DNA of 45,606 nt from Promethearchaeota archaeon (GTDB lineage Archaea > Asgardarchaeota > Lokiarchaeia > Sigyniarchaeales > SOKP01): contig JBHLNT010000015.1 in NCBI GenBank assembly GCA_048941265.1, forward strand, positions 1 to 45,606, written 5' to 3'. This document shows positions 31,522 to 41,178 of the stretch, piece after piece. The position numbers and the translations under genes are program-made. Positions within the stretch are counted from its first letter, which is position 1. Every line of letters starts with the position of its first letter. The notes below the pieces were generated by a model, which saw only the letters and a list, made by a program, of their open reading frames with translations, was not told where the DNA came from and ran no database searches.

Positions 31522-33504
31522 TTGAGAAAAACAAATTTAAATAAAAAATTTTTACTCTTATTACTAATTTCTATACTACTGATGGCGATTAATAGAATTC
31601 CAAATGCAATTTACCATCCATCCATTCAGCCTCAGGATGATTTAATTACATTTAAAAGAAAGGAACCTCAAATATCTTATTCAACCAATTGGACTCCCAA
31701 TGGTACAGGAGTATGTACATATACCCTTGCTCAATGGTATCCTCAAATATGCAGCGATGATGCGGGTGGCGCGATTATAGCATGGAGAGATTTTAGAGAT
31801 TTAATATCTACTGGGACAGATATTTATGCTCAACGGGTTGATCCTATTGGATCTAGAAAATGGACGTGGAATGGTAAGCCTATATGCACGGCTGATGATC
31901 ACCAGACAAACCTTCAAATATGCAGTGATGGAGACGGGGGTGCGGTTATAGCATGGGAGGATTATAGAGGAAGTGATATAGATATTTACGCTCAGAAGGT
32001 CGATTCAGATGGCAACCCCCTGTGGATGTCTAATGGTAATGTCATTTGTAATGCAACTTCCGATCAAGAGAACCTCCAATTATGCAGTGATGGAGATGGG
32101 GGCGCGATTATAGCATGGGAGGATTATAGAGGAAGTGATATGGATATTTATGCTCAATGGATAAATTCAAGTGGGCATACAAAATGGGGAGGCAACGGCA
32201 CAATTATATGCAATTCGAACAATAACCAAAAAAACGCTCAAATATGCAGTGATGGAGAGTTTAGCGCGATTATAACATGGGAGGATTATAGAGGAAGTGA
32301 TATAGACATTTATGCACAAAGAATTAATAAAACTGGAGGTATGGAGTGGGCAACTAATGGTACTGCAGTATGCACATACACAAATAATCAAACAAATCCT
32401 CAATTATGTAGTGATGGGGCCAGTGGTGCGATCATTACCTGGAAAGATTTTCGAAGTCAACCTTATTATGACGTTTATGCTCAAAGGATTAATGCAACAG
32501 GAGGTAGAGAGTGGACCACTTCTGGTGAGATAATATGCAATGAAAATTGGAATCAAGAGAATATTCAAATATGTGGCGATGATGCGGGTGGTGCGATTAT
32601 AGTATGGGATGATATGAGAAATATATTTTCTACAGGTAAAGATATTTATGCCCTACGAATTAATTCGGAAGGGAGTACAGATTGGACTGAAAATGGTGAA
32701 GAAGTATGTGTGGCAGAAGGTACTCAAAGTATGCCTCAACTAACTAGTGATGAGGGAAGCGGTGCGATTATTACATGGTTAAACAGTAGTGGATCAGACT
32801 CTGATATTTATGCTCAGAGAATCAGCTCAACCGGAGTTACTAAATGGGCTTTTAATGGTGAGATAATTAGCAACGAATACAATAGCCAAGAAGAACCCCG
32901 AATATGTAAAGATGGATCTGGAGGTGCAATAATTACATGGCAAAATAACTCAGGGAGTACAACATTGATGGATATATTAGCTCAGCGAATGAAAAACGAT
33001 ATTCCTGTATCAATCAATCCAGCACCTGTAAATACGACCCTCAGTGGATCTCATAAAATTAACTGGAGATTATCTGATGACGGTGGTGGAGGCCAATATC
33101 GCGTTTGGGCGAACAATACCGCTGGGGATATTTATCTATGGATAGACTGGACATCATGGGTGGATAAAAATGATACTAATCTAGGTGTTCCAATTAACCG
33201 TATTGCGACAGGATCTTTCAACTATACGATTGAGTATTATGACGACCAGAATCAGTTTGGTATGAACGGCTCAGTAATCGTTACAATAACAAGGGACCCG
33301 ATAATTGTTGTTGGAGAGGGCGACAACGATGACGACGACGACAAATCTCAAGACACTTTTATAGACGACTTAATAAGGGAAGGACTTATTATTCCTATAG
33401 TTGGAGGTATCGTATCTGCGGTAATATCCGGCTTTATCGGAATTTTATTTTGGAAATATCAGAAAAAAAAAGAAAAAGAGGAAAAGCGAACCTCAGGAGT
33501 TTAA
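31522..33504 (+). CDS. Membrane-anchored surface protein with eight ~56-aa beta-propeller-like repeats
   Basis: Signal helix, 8 copies of (QICSDGxGGAIIxWxDxR...DIYAQR), C-terminal TM and basic tail. Confidence 0.85.
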   Translation: MRKTNLNKKFLLLLLISILLMAINRIPNAIYHPSIQPQDDLITFKRKEPQISYSTNWTPNGTGVCTYTLAQWYPQICSDDAGGAIIAWRDFRDLISTGTDIYAQRVDPIGSRKWTWNGKPICTADDHQTNLQICSDGDGGAVIAWEDYRGSDIDIYAQKVDSDGNPLWMSNGNVICNATSDQENLQLCSDGDGGAIIAWEDYRGSDMDIYAQWINSSGHTKWGGNGTIICNSNNNQKNAQICSDGEFSAIITWEDYRGSDIDIYAQRINKTGGMEWATNGTAVCTYTNNQTNPQLCSDGASGAIITWKDFRSQPYYDVYAQRINATGGREWTTSGEIICNENWNQENIQICGDDAGGAIIVWDDMRNIFSTGKDIYALRINSEGSTDWTENGEEVCVAEGTQSMPQLTSDEGSGAIITWLNSSGSDSDIYAQRISSTGVTKWAFNGEIISNEYNSQEEPRICKDGSGGAIITWQNNSGSTTLMDILAQRMKNDIPVSINPAPVNTTLSGSHKINWRLSDDGGGGQYRVWANNTAGDIYLWIDWTSWVDKNDTNLGVPINRIATGSFNYTIEYYDDQNQFGMNGSVIVTITRDPIIVVGEGDNDDDDDKSQDTFIDDLIREGLIIPIVGGIVSAVISGFIGILFWKYQKKKEKEEKRTSGV

Positions 33505-33584
33505 TTTTTTTATATCCTTTAATTAATTTTTTTTTAAAAATTTTAATTTTCAGAGAGTTGTATTCGAAAAGAAATTTAGATAAT

Positions 33585-34652
33585 TCAAGTGAATACTTTT
33601 GTAATAAACGGGCTTGTCATTGCGCCCAGAAGCGCTTCATAATTTACGTTAAATCGCAGCTCATCACCTATTTTAAAATCACAGTTTCTTAAATCGACAA
33701 TTATATAATCGCTCGAAGCACTCAATATTTCTATTTTGTTCTTAGGGGATAATCCTTTTTCTTGCACATCCTGCCTTCCCGCATTGAGAAGCGCATGATT
33801 TCTATAACCTTCTTTTGATTTATCTTTATTTTGGAAAATTGACGGTTCTCCAAATGCGTTCGTAGTAAATGTTCCTTTCGGATATAAGGGTTTTTTCTTT
33901 ATTTCTACGATTTCTGCCACGAACGTAAATGCATCTTGATAATACTTAGGGATTGGTTCCTCTTTAATTCCCTCTACTCCTAATAATATGATCGTTCCAA
34001 TCCTTAGATTGTTGATTAATCCTTTTTCGTTAGTAGACATTATCCAATTATAATTAGCCGAGTTCCCTCCCGAAATAAATTGAAACTTCAATCCAAAATT
34101 TTCTTGAATTTTCCCAGCAATTTCAGAGAATTCGTTCATATTATTTTCATCGGGTATTACTCCAGCAAAGCATTTAAGATTTGTTCCAATGCCTAATAAC
34201 TCAATATTTTTTAATTTGAGTACATTTCCAACAAAATTTTCAAGGTCTTTTGGCATTATCCCTTCACGTAAATCCCCCATTTCCACCATGAGGATCACTC
34301 CATGGATTTTATTTTGTTGTAGGGCTTCTTCCGAAAGCTTTTCTATTGTTTTAAGTTCAGTATTTAGACTAATATCAGTATATCTAATAACAAGAGGGAT
34401 TTCTCTAAGAGAGGGATTTCTAATTAATACAAATTTAGCGTTAACACCTGCTTCTTTCATTCGAATAATATTTCCTATTCTAGAATCTCCAAGATAGTTT
34501 ATACCTGCTTCTATTAATGTTTTTGCGATAGGAGGATTTCCTAATGTAACTTTTGTAACCCCAATAATGGAAATATTTTTGGATTCTAAAGATTTCTTTA
34601 AAATTGTCGCGTTATATAAAATTTTCTTAAGATCTATCTCAAGATAAGGCAT
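33585..34652 (-). CDS. orr: Ornithine racemase-like PLP enzyme (alanine racemase fold)
   Basis: GVTKV (PLP lysine), DSR, MVEMGDLREG, GTNLKC, ISGGNS, NLRIG, GRQD. Confidence 0.8.
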   Translation of the reverse strand: MPYLEIDLKKILYNATILKKSLESKNISIIGVTKVTLGNPPIAKTLIEAGINYLGDSRIGNIIRMKEAGVNAKFVLIRNPSLREIPLVIRYTDISLNTELKTIEKLSEEALQQNKIHGVILMVEMGDLREGIMPKDLENFVGNVLKLKNIELLGIGTNLKCFAGVIPDENNMNEFSEIAGKIQENFGLKFQFISGGNSANYNWIMSTNEKGLINNLRIGTIILLGVEGIKEEPIPKYYQDAFTFVAEIVEIKKKPLYPKGTFTTNAFGEPSIFQNKDKSKEGYRNHALLNAGRQDVQEKGLSPKNKIEILSASSDYIIVDLRNCDFKIGDELRFNVNYEALLGAMTSPFITKVFT

Positions 34653-34710
34653 ATCAAGCCATAGTTCTTTACTTTTTAATAATTAAAAAAGTGAAAGACA
34701 TAATTTCAAT

Positions 34711-34867
34711 CTTTTATTTTTACTAATTTTTTTGTTTCAAAACTCTTATAGGCAGAATGTAAAACCTATAATGCATTTAGCCCATCCAAACCAGTCGCTT
34801 TAGGTTCCTCATTACTCATGACAGCATTTGCAAAAACTTCCATTTGGATAGCAAAATTACTATTGAA
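34711..34867 (-). pseudogene. C-terminal remnant of a Gfo/Idh/MocA oxidoreductase with an in-frame stop
   Basis: Minus-strand translation FAIQMEVFANAVMSNEEPKATGLDGLNAL*VLHSAYKSFETKKLVKI; TAG at 34768-34766. Confidence 0.65.
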
Positions 34868-34900
34868 TTACCTTATAAGTTCCATTTAAAATAAATATTT

Positions 34901-35455
34901 TTAATCCAGATAAAACAAATCGACGGCGAATGGAATCTTACGCCTGTGGAAATAAAGATTTTCTAAGGAGGTGAAAAAAATATGATTAAAAAAACTGTTT
35001 TTTAAACTTTTAAGACTTAAAGTTTCTATTTTTACCTCATCTAAGGAATTTTCAAAACAATTTATACCTAGTTTTTTAATTTTTTTAATAATTATTTGTT
35101 TACATATAAAAGGGTCAATCTTTGCTAAAAATTCTATTAAATTAATTAAGAATTGATCTTTTTCTCTTTTAATCGCATATTTAATTGGATTGATTGCTTT
35201 TAAAGAAAAGATTTGTAGTGCTTCAAATGCAGCAATTCTGATTGACTTATTTAAGTCTGAAATTAACAAACTTTCTAATAATTTAAATACTTTAGGATCA
35301 GTATCTCTAATTCCTTGCAAAAGCTTTAGACATTTTATTCTTAATAATTCATCGCTACTGTTTTCAATGATAGTAATTAAGAGATTTGAAGCTGAACGTT
35401 TATCTAATGCCTTGTTCTTATAATTCCTATAAATTGATTCCGGATTTAAATGCAT
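34901..35455 (-). CDS. HEAT-repeat-like helical protein
   Basis: LITIIENS....RIKCL..L / FKLLESLLISD....IR.AA..AL / A..PIKYAI. Confidence 0.7.
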   Translation of the reverse strand: MHLNPESIYRNYKNKALDKRSASNLLITIIENSSDELLRIKCLKLLQGIRDTDPKVFKLLESLLISDLNKSIRIAAFEALQIFSLKAINPIKYAIKREKDQFLINLIEFLAKIDPFICKQIIIKKIKKLGINCFENSLDEVKIETLSLKSLKNSFFNHIFFTSLENLYFHRRKIPFAVDLFYLD

Positions 35456-35591
35456 TTCTTAAATTTATTAAATCGAATTTTCATATAATATTATAGACAG
35501 CCAATTATAAAACTATTGTTTTAGTTCTTATAAAGTCTTTTCTCATATAAGTAATAAAGTATTAGAAATAAAATTAAACTTCAATTTCAAA

Positions 35592-35864
35592 TTATGATTT
35601 TTCATTTTCGGTATTATTATTTAAAATATCAGTGGAATCTCCCTTTCTGATGTCATTATCAAAATAAACATAAACTAACACAACCCCAATAATAATCAAC
35701 AGAGCAAATAAATTAATTCCAATCATAGCTATGATGCAAATAGTTATTGTTATTGCAATTATCGCAGAATATAAAATAACTTGTTTCTTGGTTAATTCAA
35801 TTGGTGAATCTTCTGGTTTTTGAATTTGAAGATCTTCAAGATCTTGATTTTTCTTTTCACTCAT
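35592..35864 (-). CDS. Small 2-TM membrane protein
   Basis: ATG start, hydrophobic hairpin between charged termini. Confidence 0.65.
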   Translation of the reverse strand: MSEKKNQDLEDLQIQKPEDSPIELTKKQVILYSAIIAITITICIIAMIGINLFALLIIIGVVLVYVYFDNDIRKGDSTDILNNNTENEKS

Positions 35865-35954
35865 TAATTGAGTTAAATGCTTTTTTATTTTTAATTGTTC
35901 TTTAAACTAAGTTATAAATGAACGAGATTCATATTAAAAGACTGTTATTATAAA

Positions 35955-37397
35955 TTAGGTAATTTTTGCTCCGCAATTAGGACAAACAATTACATTTGAA
36001 ACAGTACAACCACAAATAACACACATTTTTATAGTAGTCCTTTTTTTCGGAGGTTTTAGTTCAGTAATTGATTTTTTTTCTGCTAAAATCCGGGATTCTG
36101 GTAGGTCTTTAATTATTTTTTTGCGACTTTTTAGATCCTCATTTACAGCAATTTCTTGTCCAAAATATCCTCCAACTCTTACTTTTTTCATAATTGGGGG
36201 ACTTGGAGGGGGTGGTTTGGTTATTAGTGATGGGGGACTTGGAGTTGATGGAGTAATCTCTATTTTTTCAAACTTTTCTTCAATTTCGTCCTCTTTTTCA
36301 TAGATTTCTTCAACCGGATATTCCTGAGGTATGGGTTCCTCAATATATTGTTCTTCTTTGATTTGATGTATATTATCTTCTCTCTCTTGAGGTATTAGCT
36401 CAAGTTCATTAACTGTTTTTCGAATTTCAAGAGGTGCTATCTCCGATATCTCTTGAACTTTAATTACTGGTGGTTCTCCAAATTCTTCCTCATAGACTAA
36501 GTTTACATACTCCTCATCGAGCTTTAAAAGTGTCTGACACTGTGGGCATCTAAATATGTGGTTATATCCAAAATTATTGGAAATTGCATATTTTGCAATT
36601 TCACATCCGTGAAACTTAGAACCGCAATTGAAACATTTTTTAATCTCATCAGAAAATGCTCCACATACAGGACAAACTTCTAACGAGCATATTGAGCAAA
36701 TTTCTTCATCATCTGGTGAAAGGCTTATTAAATCAACTGCTAACTTTTCGTAGAAAGACTTATCCTCTTTTAAATATTGTTGTTGTCTTGGGTCTGGGCG
36801 GATAATATTAAATTCTCTCTTACTTTTAATTAAGGAGCTAAGTACATCCTTAAATTGCAGAAAACTATTGCAAAGAAATGTCCCTCCCTGAGTTTCACTA
36901 GTAATTACTTTTAACTTAACTTCATCGAGATAATTAGTTCTTTCCCCTAAACGAATAACATCAATAATCGTTAAAAAATCTAAATTCTTTGATTTAATGA
37001 TTAAATCGTATAAAGCATTATGATATTCTTCAGATTTCTCGCTAGGGGTATCAGAGATAACGATTACTCGATAAACTTTCTTAATTTCGCGACTTTTTCT
37101 AAAAATATATGATAAAATCTCAAATAAAGCATTTTCAATGTAGCTTGAACTTTTTGGTCTAGTATCCCATTTCTCATCAATGATTTTTATAATTGAATTA
37201 GAATCCTTTTCATCATATAAAGATATTGGGTTATCATCTTCTTGAAAAATTACAATACCAAAACTGGAATCAACTAAATTGAGTTTCTCTTCTACAAATT
37301 TTTTTATTGTGTTAATTAATATCTCTTTTTCAATAAATTCAGTAGTTAAGTCTATACAAAAGATAACTTCTTCCGAAGTGATGGAATTTCCTGTCAT
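35955..37397 (-). CDS. vWA domain + RING/PHD-like Cys cluster + Pro-rich linker + zinc ribbon protein (paralog 1)
   Basis: VIFCIDLT / FGIVIF / RVIVISD / IDVIRLG / ETQGGTF vWA pattern; CxxC-CxxC-CxxC-FHxC-CPxC; terminal CxxC-CxxC. Confidence 0.8.
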   Translation of the reverse strand: MTGNSITSEEVIFCIDLTTEFIEKEILINTIKKFVEEKLNLVDSSFGIVIFQEDDNPISLYDEKDSNSIIKIIDEKWDTRPKSSSYIENALFEILSYIFRKSREIKKVYRVIVISDTPSEKSEEYHNALYDLIIKSKNLDFLTIIDVIRLGERTNYLDEVKLKVITSETQGGTFLCNSFLQFKDVLSSLIKSKREFNIIRPDPRQQQYLKEDKSFYEKLAVDLISLSPDDEEICSICSLEVCPVCGAFSDEIKKCFNCGSKFHGCEIAKYAISNNFGYNHIFRCPQCQTLLKLDEEYVNLVYEEEFGEPPVIKVQEISEIAPLEIRKTVNELELIPQEREDNIHQIKEEQYIEEPIPQEYPVEEIYEKEDEIEEKFEKIEITPSTPSPPSLITKPPPPSPPIMKKVRVGGYFGQEIAVNEDLKSRKKIIKDLPESRILAEKKSITELKPPKKRTTIKMCVICGCTVSNVIVCPNCGAKIT

Positions 37398-37450
37398 TAT
37401 AATTATTTTTTTAAAGTAATGAACTTCTTTAAGTTTTACAATTCTAATGT

Positions 37451-37470
37451 AATTTCTATATAAATTTTAA
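37451..37470. repeat. Direct repeat C, left copy (AATTTCTATATAAATTTTAA; TATA-like on the minus strand)
   Basis: 20/20 identical to 37546-37565. Confidence 0.8.
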
Positions 37471-37545
37471 TTTCTTTCCTATTGAACCACTCTGTATTTT
37501 ATTTTTCCTATATTTTACACTTCTAATATAAAAAAGAAATAATGG

Positions 37546-37565
37546 AATTTCTATATAAATTTTAA
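37546..37565. repeat. Direct repeat C, right copy
   Basis: 20/20 identical to 37451-37470. Confidence 0.8.
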
Positions 37566-37630
37566 GATTTGAAAAATAATTAGATTATTACTATTTAAAG
37601 ATAAAAATAATGAGATGAAAACAAATTAAC

Positions 37631-40600
37631 TTATATTTTAATCTCACTATCACACACCCAACACTTTTCTCCTTTTTTTTTCAAAGCTTTAGCACACCTA
37701 ACGCAATAAAATGCATTACATTTTGGGCATAAGTAATTTGCACCTTCAATTAAACCTTTATGGACGATACATAGAATTTTTCTATCCTCGATATCGACTT
37801 CTGATTCAGTCTTTTTCAATTCCTCTTTTTCTATTTCTGATGGTACTGCTGTAGTTGTTAATGTTGGGGTTGTTGTTGCTGATTTCTTCATTTTATGAAA
37901 TTCTTTTTCTTTTAGAACTTTTAGGGGTTTTATAAGGACCTTACTTTCTAAAGGTTTCAGTTTTGATTTTTTTCCTATTGAGCCACTCTGTATTTTTTTT
38001 TTCCTAATTTTTGCAGAATAAACCACTCCAGAAAGTATGACTACAGCGATGGTTATTAGGATAATAATCATTATTATAAAAATCTCGGTTTCGAACAATA
38101 TTTTATCTTTTCCATCATCTCCGCCATTAGAACTTCCATCCATTTCTTGTTTTGAACTTAACTCTTTTATTGGAATAAATTTACTTCTTAAATACATAAT
38201 TTCAGTATCAGTACCCCATACTCCATCAGTGTCATCTTGCCAGACTATATGAAGGTTATTAGAGCCATCCACAGCAATCTCAGGATAAAAGCTATCTTCT
38301 GTATTCCAGCCCCATGCATTATTATATCCATCAGAAATAACCGTAGCGTTTGACCATCCAACTCCTATAGTGTAATTCGCATACATAATCTCAATATCAA
38401 AACTCCATATACCATTTGAATTATCTTCCCAAACTACATGAAGATTATTAGAGCCATCCACAACGATCTTAGGGTTATAACTATCTTCTGTATTCCAGCC
38501 CCATGCATTATTATATCCATCAGAAATAACCGTAGCGTTTGACCATCCAACTCCTATGGTGTAATTCGCATACATAATCTCAACATCTGAAGCACTACCT
38601 CCCCATATCCCCTCCGTTTCGTCTTGCCAAACAATGTGAAGGTTGTTAGAGCCATCCACAGCAATGTCAGGACTCCCACTGCTACCGAAATTCCAGCCCC
38701 ATGCATTATTGTAACCATCAGAAATCACTGTAGCATTTGACCAACCTACTCCAGTAATATATTTAACATACATAATTTCAGTATCAGTACCCCATACTCC
38801 ATCAGTATAATCTTGCCAGACTACGTGAATGTGATTTAAACCATCTACAGCTATTTTGGGTTGCCAACTGTTCCTGTCATTCCAATATTTAGCATTATAT
38901 CCGTCAGAAATCACTGTAGCATTTGACCACTGACCTGTTGCTGCTGTGTATTTAACATACATAATTTCATCATCATTAACGCTATCAGACCATATCCCCT
39001 CAGTTTCATCTTGCCAAACTACGTGAAGATTATTAAAACCATCTATTGCAATATCAGGATTTTGACTTGATTCATTATTCCACCCCCAATCTCCACCATA
39101 TCCATCAGAAATTACAGTAGCATTTGACCATCCTACTCCTTCTGTGTATTTCGCATACATAATTTCGGTATCAGTACCCCATATACCATCGGTACCGTCT
39201 TGCCAGACAGCATGAAGAGTGTTAGAGCCATCTACAGCAATCTCAGGGCTACAGCTCTCATCATTATTCCAATCCCAAATATCTTGAAATCCATCAGAAA
39301 TTACAGATGCATTTTTAAATTCTTTAATAAACTGATCTAACAGTGTAACTTTACAGTACATGATTTCAGAATCTGAAAAGTCTTCCCTCCATATACCATC
39401 TGTTCTATCTTGCCAAACTATGTGAAGATTGTTAGCACCATTAATTGCTATATCAGGATACAAACTATTTCCTGAATTCCAATATTCACCTTCATGTCCA
39501 TCAGAAATCACAATTACGTTCGACCATCCTAATCCTTCAGTGTAGTTAGCGTACATTATTTCAGAATCTATACCCCATTTACCACTTGTATAATCATGCC
39601 ATACAACATGAAAGTCGTTCGAGCCATCAACAGCTATTTGAGGATTATCGCTGGAAGCAGTATTCCAGTATTCATCATTATATCCATCAGAAATAATGGT
39701 AGCGTTAGACCATTGATCTATTGCTGGTATGTAATAAGCATACATAATCTCACTATCTGAAGTACCTCCTCCCCATATACCCGGAGTGTCATCTTGCCAG
39801 ACTACATGAGGATTATTTAAGCCATCCAAGATAATATCAGGATTAAAACTTTTCCCTGTATTCCAAAATCCATTATCATATCCATCGGAAATAACAGTTG
39901 CATTGGACCATTGATTTGTAGCAACTGTAAAATTAGTATACATAATTTCAATATCAGTATTACCACCCCATATTCCTTCTGTATTATCTTCCCAAACTAT
40001 GTGAAGATTATTAGCACCATCTACAGCAACTACTGGATGTTCGCTATTTCCAGTATTCCAGTATTCACCCTTATATCCATCAGAAATCACTGTAGCGTTA
40101 GACCAACCTGCTCCATTAGTATAGTTTACATACATAATTTCTGTATCCGTACCCCATTTACCATTAGTATCATCTTGCCATACTACGTGAAGGTTATTAA
40201 CACCATCTACAGCAATTTGTGGATGTTTGCTATTTCCAGTATTCCAGTATTCTCCCTTATATCCATCAGAAATCACTGTAGCATTAGACCAACCTGCTCC
40301 ATTAGTATAGTTTACATACATAATCTCGAAATCTTGATCACCACCACCCCATATACCTTCTGTATTATCATACCATATGACATGAAGGTTATTAGCACCA
40401 TCTATTGCAATATTTGGAAATACACTAATTCCCGTATTCCAAAATTCGCCTTTGTAACCATCAGAAATTACAGTAGCATTTGACCATCCTACTCCTTCTG
40501 TGTAATTTGCATACATAATTTCGGGATCTGTAAGTCCTCCCTCACCCCATATACCAGGTGTTTGATCTTGCCAGACTGCATGGATAATATTAGACCCATC

Positions 40601-40861
40601 TATAGCAATCTCAGGATAAAAACTTTCTTTAGTATTCCAATATTCATTATTATATCCATCAGAAATCACAGAAACGTTAGAATAATTAATAATTGATGAG
40701 CGAATGCTTGGAAATTCTCTATCAGGAGTAATTGAAATAACTTGTTCAGATGATTCTATTTTAGGAACTGAATAATTAGATATTAAGAGAGCTGTTATAA
40801 GATTTCCTAAAATTAATAATATAAAAATTAATGAAATTTTTCTTATTAACATCTTTTTCAT
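37631..40861 (-). CDS. Receptor-like membrane protein: 13 beta-propeller-like repeats (7+6), TM helix, cytoplasmic RING-like zinc finger
   Basis: Signal helix; repeats SNATVISDGY...P.IAVDG.NNLH.VWQD.T.G.WG.D.EIMY; TM; CIVH...CPKC...CVRC...CWVC. Confidence 0.88.
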   Translation of the reverse strand: MKKMLIRKISLIFILLILGNLITALLISNYSVPKIESSEQVISITPDREFPSIRSSIINYSNVSVISDGYNNEYWNTKESFYPEIAIDGSNIIHAVWQDQTPGIWGEGGLTDPEIMYANYTEGVGWSNATVISDGYKGEFWNTGISVFPNIAIDGANNLHVIWYDNTEGIWGGGDQDFEIMYVNYTNGAGWSNATVISDGYKGEYWNTGNSKHPQIAVDGVNNLHVVWQDDTNGKWGTDTEIMYVNYTNGAGWSNATVISDGYKGEYWNTGNSEHPVVAVDGANNLHIVWEDNTEGIWGGNTDIEIMYTNFTVATNQWSNATVISDGYDNGFWNTGKSFNPDIILDGLNNPHVVWQDDTPGIWGGGTSDSEIMYAYYIPAIDQWSNATIISDGYNDEYWNTASSDNPQIAVDGSNDFHVVWHDYTSGKWGIDSEIMYANYTEGLGWSNVIVISDGHEGEYWNSGNSLYPDIAINGANNLHIVWQDRTDGIWREDFSDSEIMYCKVTLLDQFIKEFKNASVISDGFQDIWDWNNDESCSPEIAVDGSNTLHAVWQDGTDGIWGTDTEIMYAKYTEGVGWSNATVISDGYGGDWGWNNESSQNPDIAIDGFNNLHVVWQDETEGIWSDSVNDDEIMYVKYTAATGQWSNATVISDGYNAKYWNDRNSWQPKIAVDGLNHIHVVWQDYTDGVWGTDTEIMYVKYITGVGWSNATVISDGYNNAWGWNFGSSGSPDIAVDGSNNLHIVWQDETEGIWGGSASDVEIMYANYTIGVGWSNATVISDGYNNAWGWNTEDSYNPKIVVDGSNNLHVVWEDNSNGIWSFDIEIMYANYTIGVGWSNATVISDGYNNAWGWNTEDSFYPEIAVDGSNNLHIVWQDDTDGVWGTDTEIMYLRSKFIPIKELSSKQEMDGSSNGGDDGKDKILFETEIFIIMIIILITIAVVILSGVVYSAKIRKKKIQSGSIGKKSKLKPLESKVLIKPLKVLKEKEFHKMKKSATTTPTLTTTAVPSEIEKEELKKTESEVDIEDRKILCIVHKGLIEGANYLCPKCNAFYCVRCAKALKKKGEKCWVCDSEIKI

Positions 40862-41178
40862 TCTTAATTACCCAATAAATTTTCTTTATTTTTTATTGGT
40901 GAGTTTTAAACAACCCTTATTAACATTTAATAATGCACTATTAGAAGTTCCCTGTTGGTAACTAATGACATTAAATATTGTTTATAAACTAATGGTTAAA
41001 TATATTTAAAAAATTTTCTAGCTATTAGTCAATTTAATTCAATAAAAGACCGAAAATCTCACTATTTATACAGATTTTATGAGATATTATAAAATTTAAT
41101 AATCAAATCAATAATAGAACATATAAAATTTTTCAACGTAAGTATTGATGGTTTATGATAATTTACTAAAAATTTGTT

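Noticed and set aside
34766-34768. Pyrrolysine read-through at the in-frame TAG
   Set aside because: The fragment lacks most of the gene, so simple decay is sufficient
37451-37565. Mini CRISPR array with a self-targeting spacer
   Set aside because: Only two 20-bp very AT-rich repeats, a 75-bp spacer, a TATA-like repeat and no cas genes in the window
39911-40483. 190-aa plus-strand ORF
   Set aside because: Antisense shadow of the repeat protein; its periodicity mirrors the real gene
38160-40690. CRISPR- or DGR-like DNA repeats
   Set aside because: The repeats are in-frame protein repeats of one ORF; no reverse transcriptase is present and no adenine-specific variation was evident
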